A stretch of DNA of 32,000 nucleotides from Candidatus Helarchaeota ASGARD archaeon Hel_GB_B (GCA_005191425.1 SUPR01000024.1:6447-38446); one strand, 5' to 3'. Positions 1 through 10,209 are shown, numbered from the stretch's first letter. Numbers and translations are program-made. The notes: generated by a model from the sequence alone, not told the origin.

Positions 1-358
1 ATAAATGTGTAATCTTATTTTTTTTAATAATATGAGTTCCCATTATAAGTGAATACAATATCCAACTAACATATTGATCTGGAAACAGTAAGTGCCGAAA
101 TATAACTCTAAAAATTTTGTAGCGTCGTAAAAATTTTATGATGAAAAATTCTCTTATCCTAAAAATCATTTTGTTATGCAATTTATTGTCTCTTATATAA
201 TTTTCATAAAAATCAAGTTTACTCGTTATTACATAAGATTTTATCCGTAATTTATCAAAATTTTTAAATAATGATGAACAAAAGTCGGCATCTCGACCAT
301 TTAAAGGAGGAAACCTATACGACAATATACCAATTTTCTTTTCAACTATTATTATCAC
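1..358 (-). CDS. GT4-family glycosyltransferase, N-terminal part (runs off the window; not in the ORF track)
   Basis: Manual translation from GTG at 358 is open to the window edge: MIIIVEKKIGILSYRFPPLNG...SYVITSK...LFPDQYVSWI...IIKKNKI. This fits a typical GT4 N-terminal (SYxFPP) domain. The start overlaps the stop of the upstream GT4. Confidence 0.7.
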   Translation of the reverse strand, partial: MIIIVEKKIGILSYRFPPLNGRDADFCSSLFKNFDKLRIKSYVITSKLDFYENYIRDNKLHNKMIFRIREFFIIKFLRRYKIFRVIFRHLLFPDQYVSWILYSLIMGTHIIKKNKITHL

Positions 359-1547
359 CAGTTCTTATTTTTTTGTATACCTCCAGTAATTTTACTGCTT
401 GTTTTTCCCAATTATATTTGATTTGAGCATTTTTCGATATTTCGTCTCTGTTCCAATTCATTTTTAGTCCCTCAACGATTTTTAAAAACATATCCTCAAG
501 GTTATTGATTTTAAATAATAGACCATTTTTATATTCTTTAATATGATATCTGAAAATTGGAATATTAGGACAAATACATGGTGTTCCACATGAAAGCGCC
601 TCGATAGTAGTCATTGACCAGCTCTCATCAATTGATGGATTGATATAGAGATCTGCCAAATTGTAATAATAAATTAAATTTAGACGGGATATCCAACCAA
701 AAATATGAATATTTTTAGTTAATTGTTTGAGTTCTCTTTTTAATTTTAATCTTAATTTTTTATTTTTTATCCCAATTATAATGATATTAACTATAATACC
801 TCTATCAATTAATAGTTTGCAAATTTTTATGAATTTGTAGAATCCTTTCTCTTCTATTGGTAATCCTACGTATAAAATTGTCTTACTCATATTATTAAAT
901 AATTTATAAGTAGAATTATTTAATTTTAATATGTGAAATCTTCTTGGATTAATCCCAATTCCTATTATTTCCATTTTTTTATCTGAGATCCTAAATTTTT
1001 TATTAAGAATATATTGATGATAATTACTAAAGCACAGAAATTTATTACATGGTAATCGAGATATGATAAGATCTCTTATAAAAAATTTAATGTTTGAAAG
1101 TTTGGATATATTCTTAAAGATTAAATTTTTAGATGGAATGGCGTTTGGACCAATTATACACGGTAAATTTAATAATTTACATGTTAATGCCCCAAAAAAG
1201 CTCGTGATGAAGCCAGAAAATAAATGTACTACTGTTTTTTCTTGTTTCAATTGTATTAATTTTTTAACTAAATAAATAGGAGATCCTTTAATCAAGAAAA
1301 TAATAAACTTTTGAAGTCTACTAAATCTATTTTTATTTGAATCATTATAATATTCTTTTTCAAATATAAAATAATTTGGAACTTGCTTTTTTTTAGCTCC
1401 TTTTATAATAAGTTTAAGAGTAATTATGATAATTTCCAATTCTCTCTTATCTATATACTCAATTATCTCCATAAAAGGATAATTTTTTGTAAATTTGTCC
1501 TTTACTATAAAATCATTTATCCAAATAATATTCATCAATAAAATCAA
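342..1547 (-). CDS. GT4 (GT-B fold) glycosyltransferase
   Basis: C-terminal ADLYINPSIDESWSMTTIEALSCGTPCI contains the E-X7-E motif; 401 aa. Start position uncertain. Confidence 0.9.
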   Translation of the reverse strand: MILLMNIIWINDFIVKDKFTKNYPFMEIIEYIDKRELEIIIITLKLIIKGAKKKQVPNYFIFEKEYYNDSNKNRFSRLQKFIIFLIKGSPIYLVKKLIQLKQEKTVVHLFSGFITSFFGALTCKLLNLPCIIGPNAIPSKNLIFKNISKLSNIKFFIRDLIISRLPCNKFLCFSNYHQYILNKKFRISDKKMEIIGIGINPRRFHILKLNNSTYKLFNNMSKTILYVGLPIEEKGFYKFIKICKLLIDRGIIVNIIIIGIKNKKLRLKLKRELKQLTKNIHIFGWISRLNLIYYYNLADLYINPSIDESWSMTTIEALSCGTPCICPNIPIFRYHIKEYKNGLLFKINNLEDMFLKIVEGLKMNWNRDEISKNAQIKYNWEKQAVKLLEVYKKIRTGDNNS

Positions 1548-1693
1548 ATTCTGTAAATATTAATAAATTTTTTAATCTAAAATTATTCTCAATATCTACA
1601 AAAATAATCTATTTTAAAAAAAATTGATTGAATCAAAAGAATTAACAGTCTTAAAAAAAATTATTTTATTATTATAGATTTTGGCAGCTTGAA

Positions 1694-3844
1694 ATGATTA
1701 ATAACAAGAAATCCATTGTACATTATTCAAACTATTCATTCAATATGCTTTTTATGTTAATTTCCTATTCTATTGCTTATTTATCAAATTTTTTTCTCGA
1801 TATTTTTACTTCTTGGATTGGAGGGCCAACATTACTTGGAACAGTTAATTTGACAAGAAAATGGGCATTAATTATCGCTACAATTTTAGAACTTGGAATC
1901 GTAAGCACAATTCCAAAATTTATAGCAGAAAATAGAAAAGGAAATTTTATTAAAATTTCAGTTATAATTTTAATATTAGATACATTCACTTGTTTAACAT
2001 CTGGGATTCTTTTATACTTTTTATATCCATTTAATAATTTTTTAATAATAGAATTTGGGCTGATATCTGCGTCTTCAATAATATTTCATGGACTTTTTTA
2101 TTCAATATCCAGGGGAAGAGAAAGAATTAAACAAATGTTTTACCTACAATTTTCACTAGCTACCATCCGTTTAATTAGTTTTATTGTATTAATCATAGTT
2201 GGATTTGATTTATTTTTAGTAATTCTTTTAAGTTTTGCTATAATTCCAATTATTGCAATCCTATTAATCATTCCATTTATGAATTTCAAACAACTGCTCT
2301 CAAAAAATCCTAAAATTATGAACAATAATAAATTGTCATTTACAAGTTATTTTAAATTCACAATGCCGGTTTATGGTTCTACGATTATTGCAATTGTTGC
2401 CTCTCAGATGGACATAATATTCATTGGTTTCTTTTTTACGCCTAATGAATTTGGACTTTATTTAGTCGCCGTTTCTATTACAGGTGTTTTAAGCGTCATC
2501 AATAACGCAGTCAATATACTTCTTTTACCAAAAATTTCCAAAATTTCTAATGATAAATCAAAAGTTATTTCCTTAATGAACCAATCTTTAAAATTCTTTT
2601 TCTTAATTTATATTCCTATTTCACTTATTATATTATTTTATCCAGATATTATCATCCATTTTTTATATGGCCCAGGATATTCAGCAGCGACCTTTATCAG
2701 TATGAGAATTTTAATTATTTCATCTATTTTTACCCAAATTAGTTCCATTTTTATTGAATTTTTTATCGCATTAAATAGACCTACCTATAAATTATATGGA
2801 CTTATTTTATTATTAATTTCTAAATTTTCTTTTTTATCAATTTTTATTCCAATAAATGGTATCTATGGTATAAGCCTTGCTGTTATTTTATCAGAATTAA
2901 TTCAATTTACTTTTCTTTTTATCTTATTCAAAAAATTATTAAAACAGAAATATTCTAATAATAAAATTTATTTTAAACGTTTGGACTTCCGGTTCTGGAT
3001 TTTATCAATAACCATTCCTTCAATAATTTTTGGATCGGGACTTTTTATTCCAAATTATTTTTTTAAATTGCTAATCATTGGAGGGGGATTACTGATAATT
3101 TTTATACTCTATTTATTTACAGGAAAACTATTTTTCTTATCTAATTTATTTAGGAATGGAATTCAAAAGTATTCTACTCAGAGAACTCAAATAATTTCTT
3201 CCCGTATTCATTATATCCTATCTAAATTACTACATAAAATACCAGTTATATTAGATGATGGATGTGGAAGGGGTAATATTACCTTAGAACTTGCTAAATA
3301 TTATTATATTGTAGCAATCGAGCCCATGGCCAAAAATTTTAAAAATAATTTAAAATTAAAAAGGAAAAATCTAATGTCTAATTTCATTGTTAGTTCCGGA
3401 GAAAATCTACCATTTAAAAATAATACCTTCGATTTCATACTTTCTCAAATGGTCCTGGAGCATTGTGATTCTTCCGAAAAATATATAAAAGAAACATCTA
3501 GAATACTTAAAAATCAAGGCTTTCTATATATCTCAATTCCAAATCGTTTATTCCCTATCGAGCCACATACTAAATTACCTTTTATCTCATATTTACCAGT
3601 AAAGTTTCAACCATATCTTAGAAAATTAGTTAATTTCCAATTTACTTTTCCCCGAATTATTAATTTACTTAATTTATTCTATAATAAAGTTTATGATATT
3701 AATTTATTTATTCTAAAAAATAAATTTTATTACTCAAATTATTTCCTTTTATTTTATATTTCTCACAATTTCAAATATATTAAATTTTTTTACCCTTTAA
3801 TTAAATTTATTATTCCTTCTTGGGCATTTTTAATCAAAAAGTAG
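1694..3844 (+). CDS. Wzx/MATE-like oligosaccharide flippase fused to a C-terminal class I SAM-dependent methyltransferase
   Basis: About 480 aa of multi-TM flippase-like sequence (LELGIVSTIPKFIAE; IVASQMDIIFIGFFFTPNEFGLYLVA), then LDDGCGRG (motif I at about 3254), GENLPFKNNTFDFILSQMVLEH and GFLYISIPNRLFPIEPH, all in one open frame. Confidence 0.85.
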   Translation: MINNKKSIVHYSNYSFNMLFMLISYSIAYLSNFFLDIFTSWIGGPTLLGTVNLTRKWALIIATILELGIVSTIPKFIAENRKGNFIKISVIILILDTFTCLTSGILLYFLYPFNNFLIIEFGLISASSIIFHGLFYSISRGRERIKQMFYLQFSLATIRLISFIVLIIVGFDLFLVILLSFAIIPIIAILLIIPFMNFKQLLSKNPKIMNNNKLSFTSYFKFTMPVYGSTIIAIVASQMDIIFIGFFFTPNEFGLYLVAVSITGVLSVINNAVNILLLPKISKISNDKSKVISLMNQSLKFFFLIYIPISLIILFYPDIIIHFLYGPGYSAATFISMRILIISSIFTQISSIFIEFFIALNRPTYKLYGLILLLISKFSFLSIFIPINGIYGISLAVILSELIQFTFLFILFKKLLKQKYSNNKIYFKRLDFRFWILSITIPSIIFGSGLFIPNYFFKLLIIGGGLLIIFILYLFTGKLFFLSNLFRNGIQKYSTQRTQIISSRIHYILSKLLHKIPVILDDGCGRGNITLELAKYYYIVAIEPMAKNFKNNLKLKRKNLMSNFIVSSGENLPFKNNTFDFILSQMVLEHCDSSEKYIKETSRILKNQGFLYISIPNRLFPIEPHTKLPFISYLPVKFQPYLRKLVNFQFTFPRIINLLNLFYNKVYDINLFILKNKFYYSNYFLLFYISHNFKYIKFFYPLIKFIIPSWAFLIKK

Positions 3845-3877
3845 TAATAAAAGCTATGAAGCAACCTTCAATTCGTA

Positions 3878-5077
3878 TTATCTCATTATTTTTTTGTATT
3901 CTGTGTAATAATTTTTTACCATTTTTTCCAGGGTAAATCGAGTTGAATTAGACAATGAATTTCGACTAAATTTTTCGTATATATCTTTATTTGAATATAT
4001 AGTTTCAATTTTTTTCACAATATCTTCAATTTTTATTGGTTCTTTAAGATATAACCCATTATAACCATTTTTAATAATTTCATTAGCAAATCTGGAGTTT
4101 GGGACTATTACTGGGAGACTCGCAAACTGGCTTTCTATTAATGATAGAGACATACCTTCTTCAGTTGATAAATGAACAAATATGTCTGAAATGCCTAGAA
4201 AGTCTCTTTTATCTTCCTCTGAGACCCATCCAGGGATAATTATATTTCCCTCAACACCTAATTTTTTTGCCAATTTAAATAAATTTTGTCTTTCTCTTCC
4301 CTCACCCAAAATTATTACTTTTACACCTGGAAATTTCGTACTAAGCCTTGGAATTGCTTTAATTAATAAATCGTTTCTTTTGCTCTTTATTAACCTACCT
4401 GTCATTATTATTATTGGTCTATTAATTTCCTTATTTAATTCATATTTTCTAAACATTTTTTTATTTCTATAATATGAATAATCTACTTTTGGTGTCCCAT
4501 TTAATATCATGTTTGTATTTTTAATTCTTAATTCTTTTTTAATATCTTTTTCCAATCTCTTGCTTACGCAAATTACTTTATCGGCTCTTTTTAAGATATA
4601 TCGGAATGTCTTCCTTAATATTTTTTGTATATTATAAAAATCCGCTGGACCATGAACTGTAATTATTAAAGGTATCTTTAATAACTTCTTAATTATAATT
4701 CCTATTAATCCTGTTGGAACAATAAATGAAGAATGTATTAACGATATCTTTAACTTTCTACAAATCTTAAATAAGATTATTAATTCCCCTAAAAGATCGC
4801 CCAATGCAACTAGCATTCTTAAATATTTTGATTTTACATTTATTCCAATTCCCAACTTTTTTATTTTTTCTGGCAGATAATTTTCAAAACGCCTAACAGT
4901 TAGTCCATTTATTATTTCTTTTTTCTTTAAATTTTTATATCGCCTTGTAATTATAATTGACTCTATTTGATATTTTTTTAATCCTTTACATAAATTTAAA
5001 ACAAAATATTCTGCACCACCACCAGTAATAGGAAAAAAGCCTGGAATTAAATGAATTACCCTTTTACTTTTTATCAT
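3878..5077 (-). CDS. GT4 glycosyltransferase
   Basis: N-terminal FFPITGGGAEYFV; C-terminal SDIFVHLSTEEGMSLSLIESQFASLPVI (E-X7-E). Confidence 0.92.
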   Translation of the reverse strand: MIKSKRVIHLIPGFFPITGGGAEYFVLNLCKGLKKYQIESIIITRRYKNLKKKEIINGLTVRRFENYLPEKIKKLGIGINVKSKYLRMLVALGDLLGELIILFKICRKLKISLIHSSFIVPTGLIGIIIKKLLKIPLIITVHGPADFYNIQKILRKTFRYILKRADKVICVSKRLEKDIKKELRIKNTNMILNGTPKVDYSYYRNKKMFRKYELNKEINRPIIIMTGRLIKSKRNDLLIKAIPRLSTKFPGVKVIILGEGRERQNLFKLAKKLGVEGNIIIPGWVSEEDKRDFLGISDIFVHLSTEEGMSLSLIESQFASLPVIVPNSRFANEIIKNGYNGLYLKEPIKIEDIVKKIETIYSNKDIYEKFSRNSLSNSTRFTLEKMVKNYYTEYKKIMR

Positions 5078-5358
5078 TTTTATCTATTTCTTATCATTTC
5101 TTAATTTCTAATTATTACAATTAACTAGTGTTATTTTTTATATCAAATCCTTTTTTTTAACTTATTATTCAATGAATTTCTCTTTAATATCAATTGATTT
5201 TCGATTTATCACTATATTGATTATGTATTTTTAATCATTCTTAAAATCGAAAATTTTATTAATTCAATAAGTAACTTTCTATCACCTTATTCCTTACTTT
5301 TTTGAGGAATAAGATATATCCATTATTTATAATTTATAAACTAAGAGTGAAATATATT

Positions 5359-5724
5359 ATGGCTAAAGATAAAATTTATGGCGCTTTGATCCTTGTGATT
5401 GCTTTAATAGCACTAATTTGGTATTTTCTCTATGCAGTTATATACGGTGGATTCTATGGATGGTACCTCACTAAGACAGCTGCAATAACGGCTATGATCA
5501 ATGCAGGATGGCCATCTTGGCTTGTCGCTGGAATTACCCTTGGTGGACTTTCATGGCGTTGGGCTGTAATAGGGCCAATGTTTATTATGGCGGCAGTTAT
5601 CCTTGGAATCGCAATGTGGATAGGCTTTACAATGCTTACAACTCCACCTCCAGTACCTCTTGAAGAGCTTGAAGAGTTAGGGCTCGAAGAGGAAGGCGAG
5701 GAAGAAAATAAAGAAGAAAAATAG
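5359..5724 (+). CDS. Small two-TM membrane protein with acidic tail (DPM2-like by eye)
   Basis: Likely start is ATG 5359 (MAKDKIYGAL). Two hydrophobic segments, then TTPPPVPLEELEEL and a Glu-rich tail. Coding status is well supported; the DPM2 similarity is inference. Confidence 0.75.
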   Translation: MAKDKIYGALILVIALIALIWYFLYAVIYGGFYGWYLTKTAAITAMINAGWPSWLVAGITLGGLSWRWAVIGPMFIMAAVILGIAMWIGFTMLTTPPPVPLEELEELGLEEEGEEENKEEK

Positions 5725-5768
5725 ATTATATCATAAATAATGCCATTTAACAATAAATAACCTTTCAC

Positions 5769-5791
5769 TCGTTAGAGCTAAGCTCTAACGA
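5769..5791. terminator. Perfect 11-bp-arm palindrome followed by a T-tract (terminator-like hairpin or operator)
   Basis: TCGTTAGAGCT-A-AGCTCTAACGA, then ATTTTTTG, 45 nt after the stop at 5724. Confidence 0.45.
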
Positions 5792-6410
5792 ATTTTTTGT
5801 TAAATTTTTAATTTTTTAAATTCACCCTTATTTTTGTTTAAAAATAGTAATTTAATTCCTCAGATATATAATTTTGTCTAATAAAATAGTTAATTTATTT
5901 TTAATGAAATATTTGTATTAATAATCTAAACTAAAATTTCGATTTTATTCATATTAATGGAGCCATTTTCACATAATATTTGAATATTTTTCCCGTCAAA
6001 TACTTATACCTCTATACTTCTTTTCTATATAAAATTTGAGTAAAGAAAAAAAAATGAGAGAATAAAGATTATTAGAAATTATAAAAATTAAAGCAAAATT
6101 CTTGTTTTAAAAAGAACAGAAATACCACATTAAATAAACTTCTTGATAAAAAATAACAAAATTTTTGTATCACTTAATTTTTAAAAATGGTAGAACAAAT
6201 ATTTATAAACCCAAATTAAATATTGAAATATCACATAGAATTAATTTGAATATTAAGAAAACAATTTTAAATTATTTATTTGGGAAAAACGAATTGAATA
6301 AAATTTAGAAAAAAGTTGATTTTGATTTTTAAATAAACAAATGTTTAAAATATGAATTCGAACTAAAAATGAGTTATAATAATATTAAGATGTACAAGTG
6401 AAAAGACTAG

Positions 6411-7541
6411 ATGTTAGATAAAGAAGAGATATTAAAGTTAGATAAATTAAATATATCGAAAGATATTTACAAATTACCGGAAAGTATGATCCAAGCAAGA
6501 AATAGTTGCAAGACGATAGATTTTTTATCGATAAAACAGATAATAAACTCAAGAGAATTTCCCAATTTTCCTAATTGTTGTATAATATGTGGAATGGGAG
6601 GTTCGGCGATTAGTGGAGACATTTTACACGATTATTTAGCAATGAAAGTAAAGTTTCCGATTATTACATTAAGAAATTATGAGCTCCCAACATATGTAAA
6701 TGAAAATTCATTAGTTTTTATAATAAGTTATTCAGGAAATACAGAAGAAACATTAAATGCCTTAAAGGAGTCATTAGAAAGGGGAGCATTAATAATAGGG
6801 ATTTCTTCAGGAGGAAAATTGAAGGAATTTTGTAAGAAATTACAAATACCGTTAATATTAGTACCTGCAAATTTAGCGCCAAGAGCTGCTTTGGGATATT
6901 TATTTACGTCATTATTAATAACTTTACAAGAGCTTGGATTAATAGAACCGATTGATGACGAAATTTCAGAAATGATAGAAGTAATGAAGGTATTAAGAGA
7001 GGAAATTTCAATAAAAGTTCCATTAGAAAATAATATTGCAAAACAAATAGCACTTAAATGTATCAATAATATTCCAGTAATTTATATAGATAATAATTAT
7101 AAGTCAGTAGCTAAAAGATTTAAATCGCAAATTAATGAAAACAGTAAGATGCCATGTAAAATTGATGAGTTTCCAGAATTAAATCATAATGAAATTGTAG
7201 GTTGGGAATGCTCACTTGAAATGTCTAAAAAATTTATATGTTTATTATTAAGGACTTCTAATGAGATAGAGCCAATTAAAACAAGGATAGAATTGACCAA
7301 ATCGATTATTCTTAAGGAGAAATTAATAGATGTAATAGAGATTTACGCTAGAGGCGAATCCAAATTAAGTCAAATTTTTTCGTTAATTCTTATTGGCGAT
7401 TATATCAGTTTATATTTAGCTATACTAAATAATCAAGACCCATCACCTACAGAATCAATTGCTCGTTTAAAGACCGAACTAAAAAATCAATTAAATCTTG
7501 TCCAGAAAATTGAAAATGACCTATTTGCAAAAGAAGCATAG
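6411..7541 (+). CDS. Bifunctional phosphoglucose/phosphomannose isomerase (SIS fold)
   Basis: Motifs CGMGGSAISGD, SYSGNTEETL, RFKSQINENSK and FPELNHNEIVGW. Confidence 0.92.
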   Translation: MLDKEEILKLDKLNISKDIYKLPESMIQARNSCKTIDFLSIKQIINSREFPNFPNCCIICGMGGSAISGDILHDYLAMKVKFPIITLRNYELPTYVNENSLVFIISYSGNTEETLNALKESLERGALIIGISSGGKLKEFCKKLQIPLILVPANLAPRAALGYLFTSLLITLQELGLIEPIDDEISEMIEVMKVLREEISIKVPLENNIAKQIALKCINNIPVIYIDNNYKSVAKRFKSQINENSKMPCKIDEFPELNHNEIVGWECSLEMSKKFICLLLRTSNEIEPIKTRIELTKSIILKEKLIDVIEIYARGESKLSQIFSLILIGDYISLYLAILNNQDPSPTESIARLKTELKNQLNLVQKIENDLFAKEA

Positions 7542-7736
7542 AATTTTCTTTTTAATTATCAAACAAAAATTTATTTTCCAATTATTTTGAAATTAAATCA
7601 AGATAGAAAATTTTTAATAGAATTATGGTTTCAATCATTTTAACTTTTAACAAATAGAAATAATAATAATTCAAATAAAATTTTTAATATTTCAATGAAA
7701 TCTTTAAATTAAATTATAACTTGTTGGTGAATAAAT

Positions 7737-8141
7737 ATGCCTCGGAAATTTACATATCGTGGTTATACAGTTGAAGAGTTACAGTCAATGCCAATGGACG
7801 AGTTTATAAAGATTTTACCGTCCAGACAAAGAAGGTCGTTATTAAGAGGGTTACCAAATAGACAGAAAAAGTTTTTAGAGAAATTGAGACGGGCTAGACG
7901 AGCCCTAAAGAAGGGTAAAAAGATAATAGTTAGAACACATAATCGTGATTCAATAATTACACCAGAGATGATAGGGCTTACAGTAGCTGTCCATAATGGG
8001 ATTGAATTTATTGAATTTACAATAACACCAAATCATATAGGACATTATTTAGGAGAATTTGCACCAACAAGAAAAAAAGTAGTACACGGTAATCCGGGTA
8101 TAGGAGCGACTAAAAGCTCTCAATATGTTCCATTAAAATAA
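7737..8141 (+). CDS. rps19: 30S ribosomal protein uS19
   Basis: [33 protein letters not shown]; GGTGA RBS upstream. Confidence 0.97.
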   Translation: MPRKFTYRGYTVEELQSMPMDEFIKILPSRQRRSLLRGLPNRQKKFLEKLRRARRALKKGKKIIVRTHNRDSIITPEMIGLTVAVHNGIEFIEFTITPNHIGHYLGEFAPTRKKVVHGNPGIGATKSSQYVPLK

Positions 8142-8153
8142 TTGTGATAAAAA

Positions 8154-8621
8154 TTGGGTAAACATAATTATGCAATTTTAGGATTAGACCCTGATAAGAC
8201 CGCTAAGGCAGTAGGAAGAGATGTAAAGGTATCGCCAAAGCCGGTCCGGGAAATTTGTAATTGTATCAAGGGTATGATGCTAGATAAAGCAAAAACATTT
8301 CTTGAAAATGTAGTAGATATGAAACAGGCTGTACCATTTAAAAGACATAATAAACATCAAGGACATCGGAAAGGACTTGATAAATTTAAATGGGATGCAG
8401 GAAGATATCCAGTTAAAGCGGCACGTGAAGTACTTGCAGTAATAGAAAATGCTGAAAATAACGCAGAGTATAAGGGTTTAGATATTGATCGCGTTAGAAT
8501 AATACATGCGATAGTACATAAGGCGCCACCTATTAAAAAATATATACCAAGAGCTTTTCGACGTTCTACACCATATTTTAAGAGATTATCACATATTGAA
8601 ATTGTAATAGAGGAAGAATAA
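8154..8621 (+). CDS. rpl22: 50S ribosomal protein uL22 (TTG start)
   Basis: VSPKPVREIC, AVPFKRHNK, GRYPVKAA, NAENNAEYKGLD. Confidence 0.97.
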   Translation: MGKHNYAILGLDPDKTAKAVGRDVKVSPKPVREICNCIKGMMLDKAKTFLENVVDMKQAVPFKRHNKHQGHRKGLDKFKWDAGRYPVKAAREVLAVIENAENNAEYKGLDIDRVRIIHAIVHKAPPIKKYIPRAFRRSTPYFKRLSHIEIVIEEE

Positions 8622-8641
8622 AAAGTAGAGGTAAAGAATTC

Positions 8642-9352
8642 ATGCCGGCAGTAGAACATTTTATCAAAAAAAGAATAGAAAAAGTTCAAATTGATGAATT
8701 TCTTGCCAAAGAATTAAAAAAAGCATGGTATGGAAAAGTCGAAATTCAGAAGACTCCACTTGGGACAAGAATTGTAATTCATGCAGCCCGCCCAGGACTT
8801 GTAATAGGACGTCATGGAAAAAATGTAAAATATTTAACAAATATTATGGAAGAGCGATTTGGACTTGAAAACCCACAAATAGAAGTATCAGAAATTGATG
8901 AACCCGAATTAAATGCACGAGTTATGGCAGAACGATTAGCATCTCGTTTTGAGCGAGGGACACAATATAGAAGAGCGACTTATTCTATTTTACGAAGGAT
9001 AAAAGATGCAGGTGCTAAAGGGGTAGAAATTGTAGTCAGTGGAAAATTAACAAGTCATAGAGCACGTTATAAGAAATTTAGACATGGATTTGTTGCTAAA
9101 TGTGGCGATCCTGCTAATTTATATGTCGATTCTGCTGTGGCTTATGCAATATTAAAGAAGGGAGTAATTGGGATCAATGTAAAAATTATGAGAAATCCGG
9201 ATTTACTTCCAAATGAAATTAAATATAGAAAAAATATCGATGAATCCAAATTAAACGAAATAATAGGTATTGAAGAAATTCCAGAAGAAGAGATTGAAAA
9301 AGAAGAAACTGATTTAGAACAAATTATTGATGAAGAAAAAAGTGAAGATTAA
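8642..9352 (+). CDS. rps3: 30S ribosomal protein uS3
   Basis: KTPLGTRIVIHAARPGLVIGR, GAKGVEIVVSGKL; acidic C-terminal tail. Confidence 0.97.
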   Translation: MPAVEHFIKKRIEKVQIDEFLAKELKKAWYGKVEIQKTPLGTRIVIHAARPGLVIGRHGKNVKYLTNIMEERFGLENPQIEVSEIDEPELNARVMAERLASRFERGTQYRRATYSILRRIKDAGAKGVEIVVSGKLTSHRARYKKFRHGFVAKCGDPANLYVDSAVAYAILKKGVIGINVKIMRNPDLLPNEIKYRKNIDESKLNEIIGIEEIPEEEIEKEETDLEQIIDEEKSED

Positions 9353-9373
9353 TTTATATGGAGTGATTTTTTA

Positions 9374-9583
9374 ATGCCAATTCTGCGTAAAAAACAAATT
9401 CGAAAAATGTCAAATGATGAAATCAAGAAAAAATTAAACGATTTGAGAAATGAACTAGCTAAAGAACGTTCTTTAGTCGCTGGTGGTGGAGCTATAGAAA
9501 AGCCAGGTAGAATTCGGGAACTTAGAAGGACAATAGCAAGATTATTAACTTACCGAAATTTAAGAAAATTAGGAAAAATATAA
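9374..9583 (+). CDS. rpl29: 50S ribosomal protein uL29
   Basis: LRNELAKER...EKPGRIRELRRTIARLLT. Confidence 0.95.
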   Translation: MPILRKKQIRKMSNDEIKKKLNDLRNELAKERSLVAGGGAIEKPGRIRELRRTIARLLTYRNLRKLGKI

Positions 9584-9586
9584 TAT

Positions 9587-9865
9587 ATGAAAATTAAACC
9601 AACAAATATTATTAATCAAAAATTAATTGGATTAAAAGTTAAAATTGTTTCATTATATGATAATCTTCCTAAATGGAAAGGAAAAATTGTTGATGAAACA
9701 TATAATATGTTTATAATTTCCGATGAAACTTCAAAAAAATTAAAAAAAATTCCAAAAAAAGGAAATTTGTTTGCATTTTATGTTGATAATAAAATAATAG
9801 AAGTTAACGGAAAAATTCTAATTGGACGACCTGAAAATCGAATTAAAATGAAAAGAAAGTATTAA
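9587..9865 (+). CDS. rnp1: RNase P protein subunit Rpp29/Pop4
   Basis: LIGLKVKIV, GKIVDETYNM, GKILIGRPENR; canonical position between L29 and S17. Confidence 0.9.
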   Translation: MKIKPTNIINQKLIGLKVKIVSLYDNLPKWKGKIVDETYNMFIISDETSKKLKKIPKKGNLFAFYVDNKIIEVNGKILIGRPENRIKMKRKY

Positions 9866-9873
9866 GTGAATAA

Positions 9874-10209
9874 ATGATGGTTAGAAATATAGGTATAGGA
9901 GTCCCACCTCCAAAGAGAGAGTGTAACGACCCGAAATGCCCATTTCATGGCAATTTATCAATTAGAGGACGTATTTTTGAAGGAAAAATAGTAAGTACAA
10001 AAATGAGGAACACAGTTGTTGTAAGACGTGATTATCTTCATTATTTAAAAAAGTATAAGAGATATGAAAAAAGACATGGTACAATTTCAGCTCATTTACC
10101 TCAATGCTTTGAAAACATTGAAGTGGGCGATATTGTAAAAATTGCTGAATGCAGACCTTTAAGTAAAACTATTTCATATGTAGTAGTACAAATTAAATCT
10201 AAAGAGTAA
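9874..10209 (+). CDS. rps17: 30S ribosomal protein uS17
   Basis: [36 protein letters not shown]. Confidence 0.97.
   Translation: MMVRNIGIGVPPPKRECNDPKCPFHGNLSIRGRIFEGKIVSTKMRNTVVVRRDYLHYLKKYKRYEKRHGTISAHLPQCFENIEVGDIVKIAECRPLSKTISYVVVQIKSKE

Noticed and set aside
5454-5768. 104-aa minus-strand ORF with a poly-Ser run
   Set aside because: Antisense shadow of the Glu-rich tail (GAA repeats) of the plus-strand membrane protein.
9260-9352. Acidic C-terminal tails on uS3 and eL32
   Set aside because: Common in archaeal ribosomal proteins.
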